64,000 nucleotides of DNA from an archaeon. Its GTDB lineage: Archaea > Micrarchaeota > Micrarchaeia > Anstonellales > Anstonellaceae. A model generated the notes under the pieces. The model worked only from the letters and a program-made list of their open reading frames with translations, did no database searches and was not told where the DNA came from. The stretch spans positions 4,702 to 68,701 of the forward strand of contig JAGVHI010000016.1 of the NCBI GenBank assembly GCA_020056635.1. The letters are read 5' to 3'. This document shows positions 24,501 through 34,000 of this stretch, one piece after another. The first letter of the stretch is position 1, and every line of letters starts with the position of its first letter. The position numbers and the translations under genes were made by a program.

Positions 24501-26899
24501 GCTTCGAGTATTTCCACCCCCGTCTGCAAATTGTTGTCATCCATCACCACATACGCAATCTCCAGCTGCCCGTCGGAATCAAAATCCCCGGCTGCCGCTG
24601 TTGTGAATGCAGCGCCCACTGCGGGCCACTGCCCCATCTGCCTTGGCCAGCCAGACCTCACCTCGCCTGTGTGGTTGAGCACATACAGGTTCTGGCCTCC
24701 GGGAACCATCAGTTCCTTGTACCCATCCCCATCAAGGTCGACCGCTGTCGGGGAGCCAAGCAGGTTCCCATTCGTGCCCCAATGCTCATAATCGCCCGGG
24801 AGCTCGAAAGGCCATCCTTCCTTCTCAGTCCCATCCGGATTGAACACATAGACTTTCATGGTGCCCCTTGCGATAAGCTCTGGGGTGCAGTCCAAATCGA
24901 GGTCCGAAATGAGCAATGGCGAATTGGCTGCCCAATCCCACCCTGGCTCGGGCCAAACTCCCTCATCAAATGAAGCCGGCCAACCCGGCATCAAATTCCC
25001 GTCCGAATCAAGCAAATAGAAATACCCGTTCTTCGCGCTTAAGAATATCTCGCTCATCCCATCATTGTTCACATCCCCGACTGCAGGGGTGGAATATATG
25101 CTCGAGCCTGTGAAGAAAGGCCATCCCTGCTTCTGGTTCATTGTGAAATAGAACGCCTTCTGCTCAAAATTCCCTGCGTCCGACCTCACCACCAGCCTGA
25201 GTGCGTGCCATCCATCGCTCAGCGTTCCAATGCCCCACGTTCCCAGAATTCCGTTCTCCACGCTCGTGCCTTCCGCAATCACGGTCCAACTGCCCGGATA
25301 ATACCCCTCCCCGTAATAGAGAGAGTAATTGGCTCCCCCTATTGCGCTCCCGATTACCTCAACAGTCTGCGTGCCTGAAGAAATCGGCAGTATCACGCCG
25401 GATTCAGGCGAATCAATGCTTGCAACAAGGTTTGGCATCAAGCTCACGCGCACTGCTCCGCTCACATTCACCCGCCCTGCTCCAATATAGCAGTCCGGGA
25501 AATAGCATCCAGCAGGAATTGCGGTTTGCTTGAGTATCTGCTCCACCTGTGCAGGATTGAAGCTCTGGTTATGCGATATTATCAGCCCTGCGGCCCCCGC
25601 GACATACGGGGTTGCCATCGAGGTCCCCCTAAGCTCGCGGTAGCCGGATGGGCTCCCAAGCGGGCCAAAAATCGGCACAGTGCTCAATATTCCAGTTCCC
25701 TCAGGATGGCCTCCTGGCGCAGCCATGTCAGTCCAATACCCGTAAGTGGAATAATACGCCTTCGCATCATTCAAGTCAGTAGCAGTGACTGCAATCACAT
25801 TGTCATATGCCCCAGGATAATTCCTCTCCCTCATTCCAGAGTTTCCTGCAGCCGCAACAAGCACAACCCCCATCCCATGCGCGTACTCGATTGCATCCTG
25901 CTCCATCCCAGAATGCGGGCCTCCAAAGCTCATGCTTATCACGCGCACTCCATTGTCCGCTGCATAGTGTATCGATGCCGAAATATCATCATGCTCAAGT
26001 ATCCCGTACGCATAGCCCCCGTAATAAACCCCAAACCCGTTCCGAACTGGCATTATCCTGCAGTTGTGGCATACGCCGGCTACTCCTATGCTGTTGTTTG
26101 TTGCCGCGCCTGCAATTCCTGCGCAGTGCGTCCCGTGCCCGAAATAATCGCTTGGCATATCATCGGGTTGCGTATAATCCTCCTCGGGCGCAAGCGAGAA
26201 CCCCATTGCCTCGTACGCCGCAGTGTCAATATCCACAAAATCGTATCCTGTCCCATCCGGGCACCCTCCTGTGCAGTCCGCAAGCATGTTTCCCGCCAAA
26301 TCCTCGTGCGAGTAATCCACTCCGGTATCGGCTATTGCTATCACAACCGAGCCATTCCCCAGCTCAACGTCCCACCCTGCCTCCGCGTTCGAGTGCTGGT
26401 GTGACCACTGCTGAGGATAAAGCGGGTCATTTGGGACAAATGAAGTCCTCGCAAGGTAATTGGGCTCTGCATACTCCACATCAGGGAGCTTTGACACTTC
26501 GCGCGCCAACTCTTCCATATCAAGCACATAAGGCAGCCTGTACTCATATATCCTATCAAGCCCGATCTGTTTTGCAAGCTCGTCATCAGGCCTTATATTG
26601 AACACCCTCCTCGGGGCGATGCTTGACCCATCTACCGGTGGCGAATCAAGGCTCTTCTCCGATATCTGGGCGTTCGCAGCATCAGCAACTTGGGGGTCAA
26701 TCGGACTTCCGCTATATGTTTTCACAATCAGCCCGCCTGGCGCATATTCCGGGAACCTTGGCGGGGCTTGAAGAAAATTCGAATAAGTGATATTCGTTTC
26801 ATTGGAAAACCAAACCCCGCTTTCCTGCGCAAGGCAGAATTGCAGCAAAGCCAATATCGTTATCAATGCAACCAATTTCACATTTTTCATTCCAACCAA
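21548..26899 (-). CDS. Giant secreted subtilisin-like (S8) serine protease fused to FG-GAP/VCBS-type beta-propeller repeats
   Basis: 1783 aa. Signal peptide MVGMKNVKLVALITILALLQFCLAQE. Catalytic triad motifs are IADTGVD (D191), HGTHCAG (H255) and GTSMATP (S427). Many DxDxDG-type repeats are present (DVNNDGMSE, DLDGDGYKE, DFDGDC, DIDNDGMLE, DIDGDGMLD). Confidence 0.9.
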   Translation of the reverse strand: MVGMKNVKLVALITILALLQFCLAQESGVWFSNETNITYSNFLQAPPRFPEYAPGGLIVKTYSGSPIDPQVADAANAQISEKSLDSPPVDGSSIAPRRVFNIRPDDELAKQIGLDRIYEYRLPYVLDMEELAREVSKLPDVEYAEPNYLARTSFVPNDPLYPQQWSHQHSNAEAGWDVELGNGSVVIAIADTGVDYSHEDLAGNMLADCTGGCPDGTGYDFVDIDTAAYEAMGFSLAPEEDYTQPDDMPSDYFGHGTHCAGIAGAATNNSIGVAGVCHNCRIMPVRNGFGVYYGGYAYGILEHDDISASIHYAADNGVRVISMSFGGPHSGMEQDAIEYAHGMGVVLVAAAGNSGMRERNYPGAYDNVIAVTATDLNDAKAYYSTYGYWTDMAAPGGHPEGTGILSTVPIFGPLGSPSGYRELRGTSMATPYVAGAAGLIISHNQSFNPAQVEQILKQTAIPAGCYFPDCYIGAGRVNVSGAVRVSLMPNLVASIDSPESGVILPISSGTQTVEVIGSAIGGANYSLYYGEGYYPGSWTVIAEGTSVENGILGTWGIGTLSDGWHALRLVVRSDAGNFEQKAFYFTMNQKQGWPFFTGSSIYSTPAVGDVNNDGMSEIFLSAKNGYFYLLDSDGNLMPGWPASFDEGVWPEPGWDWAANSPLLISDLDLDCTPELIARGTMKVYVFNPDGTEKEGWPFELPGDYEHWGTNGNLLGSPTAVDLDGDGYKELMVPGGQNLYVLNHTGEVRSGWPRQMGQWPAVGAAFTTAAAGDFDSDGQLEIAYVVMDDNNLQTGVEILEADGSVSNAWTIDERAGWMAAPVINDFDGDCLPDLAIASFYNIYRFDAQGNPLPGWTNVPTELPKYLMLSDLNDDGSVELASNSNSESFARIIDENGTTIGSVPTRCGQDFSVVSADVSGDGQDDLITAEGGGCGASFSYLSGVGAYRANDSQNAIWRMRLPRGMRSAPVIADIDNDGMLEMVGTTGDDGAYYGWTGEEGDGGVYVWELGTPESSMQWPEYHHDPVRSGNYMGAQESVELRISSPKGGDVYREGLSVDGCIWSHGGGNYEIEYAPVGTEDWSADGIALERDGNLPVQNGRLANFSLPADTQSGFYKMRIAVFGSGGEQELGEEFATVRMGRELREGFPVKIPSTSHDYPIPVIKNVDADEGKEIIFASRSPDNSASAVYVVGADGAIESTVISAPDSLPNLNRLSLLVSDIGSNGIMDAIYAKGGVSESEAYRTVAQSLLGQAVWENEIQNAGRAGQFGAYAMSADLEHDGQKELVYIVPGPTQISHTKLIYVTNLSGQIRPGWPQSVPDCFPREGVQQSPIVADLDSDSDLEIFYAGDWENCNVPGGKAFAFNANGTAVPGWPVAFASPARASATSADINYDNRDELLIPTRDGLLAYRGNGTLLWTALLGQMPETPAVANLDSVGGLEIIASVTGTAHGIRVLNSTGAVIGQWDSALGWDDRLGPVIGDVNWDGEPDILYEDVENVSGTYFGALRAKSMNGTDAMPAKYVELDALGSQGKVVADIDGDGMLDIVSGSGGSQRYETGNPTYQSLYAWSTNAFDSPLNRLWPTQRQNFERTGRYYTRVVVPYRFGATSAQGSHSVAMSWVEPDYSPFLENYVVQVAHSPVGQGDLVSDSAIESSIANQANIESGPVIAGGTTDIAKTVSDSGVKSNIQNLVSPGGGGGGSILSIRRDVVDPRQRPVSCSFGNAPVTILPLGQTSYVEGNLPDGSYCAHVGSRTSEGTYAWAGAIRVCVHSGANYPLECTYSQQHS

Positions 26900-26909
26900 C
26901 CTCCGATTA

Positions 26910-28004
26910 TTATTTTACAAGTGTCATCTTTTTTGTTCGTGATATTCCATCAGCTTCGAATCTGTACAAATAAGTCCCGCTCGGAAGCCCGTCTGTTTTG
27001 AAAACTGTGCTATATCTCCCGGCAGTCTTCGTCCCATCCACGAGCGTTGCAACCCGCCTTCCAGTCACATCATAAACGCGAATCTTGACAAAGGCGCGCT
27101 TTGGAATCTCGTATTCAATAGTGGTCGTAGAATTGAACGGGTTCGGGTAATTCTGCTTAAGCTCTATTCCCGAAGGCAGCGCAAATGGGATCCTCCCAAC
27201 CGGCAGCCTTGCGGTCAATTCATTTGCCTGCAGCGTATCATGCACAAGAGTGCTCCAAGAGTATCTCCAAGGCTGCACACCCACTGCTTCCAATGCCGCC
27301 GAATCAATCAGGGAAAACGCCCAAGTGTTCCTGACTGCAACCAGCTCGCTCCCATTTGTGAATACTGCGTTCACTGGCATTCCCGCAATTGTCGTATCGA
27401 GGTTCACTGGCGGAAACCCGCTGGATGCCATGATTGAAATGAAATTCTCAAAGTTCCCGCACGGCGAAGGCATTGCCCAGCGCTGGCACGTGCTGTCCGC
27501 AATCCTCGCAGCCTCTGCCGAATCGCCAAGCGCTTCATCGAAAACTATGAATACGCCATAGCCCCTTGCAAGACCCACCCTTCTCTCCGCATCAGTGAAC
27601 GGTCCATCTTTCATTATCGCTTTGAGCGTGTCCCCGCACGTAGGATTATCTGGGTTATTGCCAGGCCATATCACCGCGCGCGCCATGAACGAAGGGTCAG
27701 GCCACACCCCATCAATCTCAACATGCTGGTAAACCCATATTGTGTCCTGGCCGTGCTCAAGGGCATAAATGGTCTGCTGCACATGCTGCTCCGAAGCAAA
27801 TGCAGAATGCAACTTGTCCACGAGCGGAACCAGCAGCATAAATGCCCCACCCGCAGCAAGCTTTCCAATGCCGCGCAATCCAGGCCCGTTCCTGAAGAAT
27901 TCGGAAATCCTACCTGGCATTTTCCTTTCAAATGCCCTTGCTTGCGCTGGCGCATTCGGGTTCTGGAAACTGTACGTTATCCTTTCCGAACTCATGTCCC
28001 TCAT
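26910..28004 (-). CDS. Membrane-anchored/secreted protein ending in a T9SS type-A (Por) C-terminal sorting-domain-like / FlgD-Ig-like module
   Basis: 364 aa with an N-terminal hydrophobic anchor, KLAAGGAFMLLVPLV. The last 84 aa are ELKQNYPNPFNSTTTIEYEIPKRAFVKIRVYDVTGRRVATLV...GTYLYRFEADGISRTKKMTLVK, ending exactly at the stop codon. The start overlaps the upstream stop by 4 nt. Confidence 0.8.
   Translation of the reverse strand: MRDMSSERITYSFQNPNAPAQARAFERKMPGRISEFFRNGPGLRGIGKLAAGGAFMLLVPLVDKLHSAFASEQHVQQTIYALEHGQDTIWVYQHVEIDGVWPDPSFMARAVIWPGNNPDNPTCGDTLKAIMKDGPFTDAERRVGLARGYGVFIVFDEALGDSAEAARIADSTCQRWAMPSPCGNFENFISIMASSGFPPVNLDTTIAGMPVNAVFTNGSELVAVRNTWAFSLIDSAALEAVGVQPWRYSWSTLVHDTLQANELTARLPVGRIPFALPSGIELKQNYPNPFNSTTTIEYEIPKRAFVKIRVYDVTGRRVATLVDGTKTAGRYSTVFKTDGLPSGTYLYRFEADGISRTKKMTLVK
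26913..27164 (-). other. T9SS-CTD-like terminal domain
   Basis: QNYPNPFN...VYD..GR.V..L.......G.Y...F......SG.Y.YR.......KKM.L.K pattern at the extreme C-terminus. Confidence 0.7.
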
Positions 28005-31000
28005 CCTTCTTCAGTAATTATGTTTCCAGCATCTGCAACAATTCCCTCTATCGCGTTGATTCCAACTTCAGTGCTGTTGTTGATGCTCACGCCAGGCCCA
28101 ATGGCCCCGATGGAATTCACTATTTGCGAGTTCCAGTCAATCCTTCTCCTATTCCCAATCCCCACTACATCTATTGGTGTAGCCGGGCAGTTTGCAATCC
28201 CGCCTATGCACACTCTCTTGGCAGCAGTCCAAGCATACCTTTGGTCCGGAGGCATTGCGAATGAATTCACGCTTGCCGCCCTCACATAGTGCCACCCGTT
28301 TGCAAGCCCGCCAATCACATAATTGCCAGGTGCAGGGACTTCCTGTATCGGGCTGTTTGCAAAATCCTGGCTCATGGATTCCTGCAATGCATATCCTGAA
28401 AGGAACATGTAATCGTCAGCCTCAACAAAGCTCACAGTAATCGAGTTCCCGGAAACAACGGCATTAAACCCATAAGGCGCGCTCATTCTTGTTATCTGCC
28501 TTCCAGTCCTCTCAAAATTCCTCCCTAACGTCGGCCAAACCCTGCTTCTCGGGCCTGCGTTTCCCCCAAGGCTCCATGCATAAACTGACTGGCGCGTTGC
28601 AACATCCTCGCCTGTTCCGTACCTGTTCGCCCCTTCACTTCCGCTCACAAGCTCCAGCATTCCATCCCCGTCAATATCTGCGATTGCTTTCCCATGCGAG
28701 CCAAGCACCGTCAATTCAACGTATTTTGGCGCAACAGCATCGTTGCCTTCAATGTCCCTTGCGCGCAGCATCCCGAACACTGTGCCCGAGACATTCTCAA
28801 CATCCTCGTGGATTATATCGAGCGACCCATCGCCATCCGCATCAGCAAGCACGGGCCCCATCCTGTCGTCCCATGCCAGGTTGGTGTCCCAGCTTCCGAC
28901 AAGCTGCCCCTGCTCATTTAACACTCTGATTCCGTGTTGTGTTCCAGTCACGCTCACCACTATTTCAAGCCCCCCATCAAAGTCCAAATCTGCAAGCGCG
29001 GGCGCCTCTGCCCACTGCCCTTCTAGTGCATGCCATATGAGTTCGCCGTTTGGGCGGTATGCATAAAGCCCGTTCCTAGTTGGAATTATGACTTCATCCT
29101 TCCCATCATCATCCAAATCAGCGCTTGCGGAACTTGCCCTTGCAGGCGAATCAAAGAGCACTGGCCACCCCGGAACCGGGCTTCCGTTTGGGTTGAATGC
29201 AACTGCTTTTCCTGAGGGCACATCACAATTGTCCCCTTCAGCCGCGTAAACCACCTCAAGGTCGGAATCCGCATCAAGGTTTGCGACTATCGGGCTTGGC
29301 TGCACCCCGTCGCGGGGCCCGCAATCAGCCGTTTCAGTTGGCCACCCGTTCCTGGTAACCCCTGCAAGGCTTTTCACATAAATGCTCCTCATGTGCTCTC
29401 CTGACGGGGCAACGAACACCAGCTCCTTCTGCCCGTTCCTGTCTATGTCTGAGAGCACCGTGAAAGTGCCGTATTGCTCAGCCCTGCCGCCATCAGGCAG
29501 GCTCTCCTGCCATCCCTGCTGCCCGGAGAGCGAATATGCTGATGTATAGTACGGAGTGCCTTCTGCATTCCCGCCTGATGAATAGACCGCATCCTGCACA
29601 CCGTCATTCCCGATGTCCGCGACCTGCAGAGAAAGCCGGTTTAAGTTCTGGTTCGTGTCAGGCTCGGATTCCACGATTGCTTCCAACTCCCCGTCTGCGC
29701 CTACAACATACACCACGCTTGCGGTATCAAGCTCATTTCTGCTTGCAAAAATAATCTCCTTTTCCGCATCTGCATCCACGTTCCTTATCATCGGAATCGG
29801 ATAATCCCTTGCAACGCTCGGAACCCTTGCAGGGAACCCCTGCGCAAGCCCGGTGTCAATCCGGACGGTTGCAATTTCCTGTGACAAAAGTTCGCGCCCA
29901 TCGTTAGCCACGACCCTTATCCTGAATTTGTAGAACTCGGGGGCAAATCCTGCCGGGGCATTGAAATCTGCAATATGCGTCCTGTTCGGGCCTGCGCTTG
30001 GCGCAATCTCCACCCCTTCAATGCTCCATTCTTCAGTGCCCACAGGAGCGTATTCCACAAACAATCCAAATCCTTGCGGAATATATGCGCTTCCATCAAC
30101 GCTCATCAAATCCCCATACACATCCCCTCCATAGGGGTCTCCGACAGAGAGCGCACCGCTTCCAACCATTGCAGGCGCGGCCCACGCATAGCTTCCATTC
30201 ATGCTCCTGCTCCCTGCCCGCGCATAATACGCTCCCTCGCCAACATTGGTGAACGTGTAGTCCCTTGTAGAAAGGGAAACATTCACATCTGCAACCATCT
30301 GCCCAAATCCCGAATCGTTCGCAAGCTGCACCGCATACCCTGCAAGAAGCGGGTAATTGTCTGCCTCAGCCCAGGAAACTGAAATATTCCCCTCCATAGT
30401 GCCCAGTGCATCAAATGAATATGGCGCCCCAAGCCTGCCAACATACCTGTTTGTCCTCCCCTCATCCCTATGCTGCGTAGGCCACGCATTATTTATTTGC
30501 GATGCTTGCGCCCCAAGATGCCAAACGTAAGCAGTCTGCCTCGGGACAGTGCTATCCGAGTGGTTTGTGCCTATGCGTATATTGTCAAACCATGACAACC
30601 TCTGCCTGCCCTCGCCAGTGCCCACAAGCTCAAGCGTGCCGTCATTATTCATATCCGCAAGGTTCAGCCCTTCCAATATGCTTGACTCCACGTATTTCGG
30701 GAACCCTGCAAGCTCCTGCCCTGCGAGATTCCTTGCGTGTATGGTGTTGAACGGAACTCCGCTCACAATTTCCCGTCCCTCATAAACCAAATCAAGCTGC
30801 CCGTTCCCGTCAATGTCCCCAAAAAGCGGCTCATATACCGAGAGGCCGCTTCTCCAGCTCGAGCCTGCGGCATAAGCATGCTGGTTTTGCACTGGCCAGC
30901 CCGGATGCTCAGTGCCGTCCGCATAAAGAAGGTGCACAAGCCCCGAATTATCCTCAACTGCGATATCCGGCGCCCCATCCCAATCAACATCCGCAACTGC

Positions 31001-34000
31001 TGGGCTGGAAACAAATGTTGAGCCATTCAGCACTGACATGGCAACTGTGCCCGAAGAGCCAAATGCCCTAAGCGCATTGCCCCCTGCAACCAATAGCTCG
31101 TCAATCCCGTCCCCGCCCAAATCTACCGCAACAGGGGTTGAAATAAGCGGATAGCCGCTTGTGTTGTAATATACTGGCCAGCCCGGCATCACGCTCCCAT
31201 CTAGCTCGAACATGTATGCCTTCCCAAGCGGCATGCTGCAGTTTTCAGCATAGAAGCATTCTGACATGCCAGTATAAGCAATCTCAAGCTGCGGGTCAGA
31301 ATCGAAATTCCCCACCATCGGGCTTGGCTGGCTTGGCTGCCCGCTTACCATATGTGTCACATTCTGCGGCCAGCCAGACATCACGCTTCCGTTTGCCCAA
31401 ACAACATAAATCGCGGCATTCAAATTCCCGGGCAGCACGAACACGAGCTCCTTTTCCCCATCGTGGTCCAGGTCTGCAAGAACCTGGTAATTGTTGAGCT
31501 GGTATTCCATCCTGTAATAATGGTACCACGCAGGCGGCTGCGTCTCATTCGAATATAAAGACCAAAACTCGCTTTCATCCTGCTGCTGCGCAAACACGCT
31601 GTGGTAATGCGCAGCCTTGTATTTTGCATAAGAATATTCGTTCTCCCCATCCAAGTCAAAATCATTCAAGTGCAGCGAGAGCCTGTTCACCTCCCCTTCT
31701 GCTTCCGGAGGGGAAATCACCAGACTTTCCGATACTCCGTCGCTGCCTATTGCATAAACCGCGCTCGTGCTCCTGTCAGGCAAATTTTCTACATATGCTA
31801 TTTCCTTCTGCCCATCCCCATCCACGTCCTTTAGCGTTGGCATTATGTAATACGAATCCAGCTCGTACTCATACGCTTCGCTCCGGTAGCTCCACCTATG
31901 GTCATAGCGCGGAACCGGAATTTCAATATACGCCGGATAATTCTGCGCAATCCCCCTGTCAATCCTCAATATTGCGAAAACCTGTTCAACCGAAGGCCCA
32001 CCCCCGTTCTGGTCGTACATCCCGAGCCTGAACTGGTAAAACCCGCTTTGCAATCCAGCCGGCGCATCAAACCTTGCAATCCTCCCATCCGCGCTCTGCA
32101 GCCCGCCATTCTCGAGCGTTATCCCTTCAGCGCTCCATCCACCTGTTCCGTTTGGCGCATACCACACTGTATATGTATAGTTCTCCGGAAGCAGCACAGT
32201 CCCGTTTATTTCAAGCGAATCGCGGTAAACATCCCCATTGAAAGGAGTGAGAACTGCCGGGTTATCCACTACGAACGTGAAATAATCAATCGTCTCCCGC
32301 CCGTTCCCGCTCACATTCAGCTTCACAAGATACAGCCCATTTTGCGGGAACAATGCGACCTTCTCAATCTGCGCAAATTGGAGCTGCGCAGGCATCCCTG
32401 CAGCCAGTTGCACGCTTCCCTGCTCATGGTATGCCCCCAGCCACGATTCCGGGTCTTCAAGAATCGGGCCGTCTTCCCTTGGATTCTGCCCCATGAACCC
32501 AACATCATAAGTGTAATTGTATTCGCCTGCAGCTTCATTCGCATACGCATTGAGATTCGCCTCAAACCGCACCGCCTGGCGGCTCTCGCTTTCTTTTCTC
32601 AGCTCAACAATGGCCGGCCTTGGCGAGCCTCCGGCCGCGAACGCATTTATCCTCCCATGCCCCTTGTCAAGCACGTTTGCTTGGAACCGAACCCCATCTA
32701 TGGATTTCGTGACATTCGCGTTTGCAGTGTTCCTTAGCGCATACTTGATTTCATCCGGGTTCCACTCAGGGTGCTGCTGCACAAGCAGCGCCGCCGCCCC
32801 TGCAGCCGCGGGCGTTGCCATCGAGGTTCCGCTGTAGCTTATGTGCCCCGGGAACCCATAGCAGCTCCTGTTCTCATGCCCTGTCCAGAAAGTCGAGCAT
32901 ACCATTGCGCCTATTGCAAGCACATCCGGCTTTACTGCTCCCCCTAGCACCGGGCCTCGGGAGCTGAATCCAGCAAGGGTTCCAAACTTGAACGAAGCCC
33001 CGACACCTATCGTTTTCCGCGATGCGGCCGGTGACGCGACATACCCGTACTGTGCATACGCGCCACCGCCACCATATCCGTAGTTATGGACAGCCGCAAC
33101 CGCGACCACCCCCACATTCACCATATTGTCCGATGAAAGCGACACTATGCTGTCCGGGTCATTGTCAAGCGCGCCTATGCTCATGGTTGCAATATCCACA
33201 TGGTCCTCCATATTAGAATCATTGTTCGGGTCAAGTATCCGCTCAAACGCATTCAGGATTGATATTTCAGGGCAGCTGTTTGCAGGCGCAGGCTCTATAT
33301 GGAAGTGGTCTAAATCGCACACTTTGTAATCATAAATAGTTGCGTCAGGCGCCATTCCCCTAAAAAGCGCCCCGCTTTCATTTGTGAAATTGGCGGCAAC
33401 AATTCCTGCCACATGTGTTCCATGCCCCCAATAGCTCGGCTGCGGAAGGTCATGGTCATAAACAAAATCATATGCCCACTCCACCCTGCATCCCGGCCCG
33501 ACACTCCCGTTTGCGGTGCACCCGGGGACCGCAAAGTCAGGGTGCGTCGCATCCACTCCAGTATCCACAACCCCGACCCGCACGCCAGCGCCAGTGTAGC
33601 CTCCTGCCCACATATCGACTGCCCCAAGCGTAACCGTGACGTTTGGCATCGCAGGCCAAGCATGCCCGAGCTCGTATATTTTTTTCACAAACGAAAGCTT
33701 CTCGATTTTTGCTTTCTCCGCAGGAGAAATCTCTTTCACCATTATCCCATTCTGCACAAGCACCAAATCGTATCTTTGCCTGCCCGAGAACCCTGGAACC
33801 GCATTTTCAATCTGGCTCAGGTAGCCGCTATGCGCAGCTTTTAGCCAGTTCGCATAGTTTTTAGCCTCGTCAAACTGCGAAGGCTGCGTAGGGAACGTGC
33901 CTATATGGACAGATGCAGGCGCTTCCATGAACTGGATCAGATACCCGCTTGGGCCGGCATAGACCGGAGTTGCATTCCAATAGGGCTGCCCTTCCTCCAA

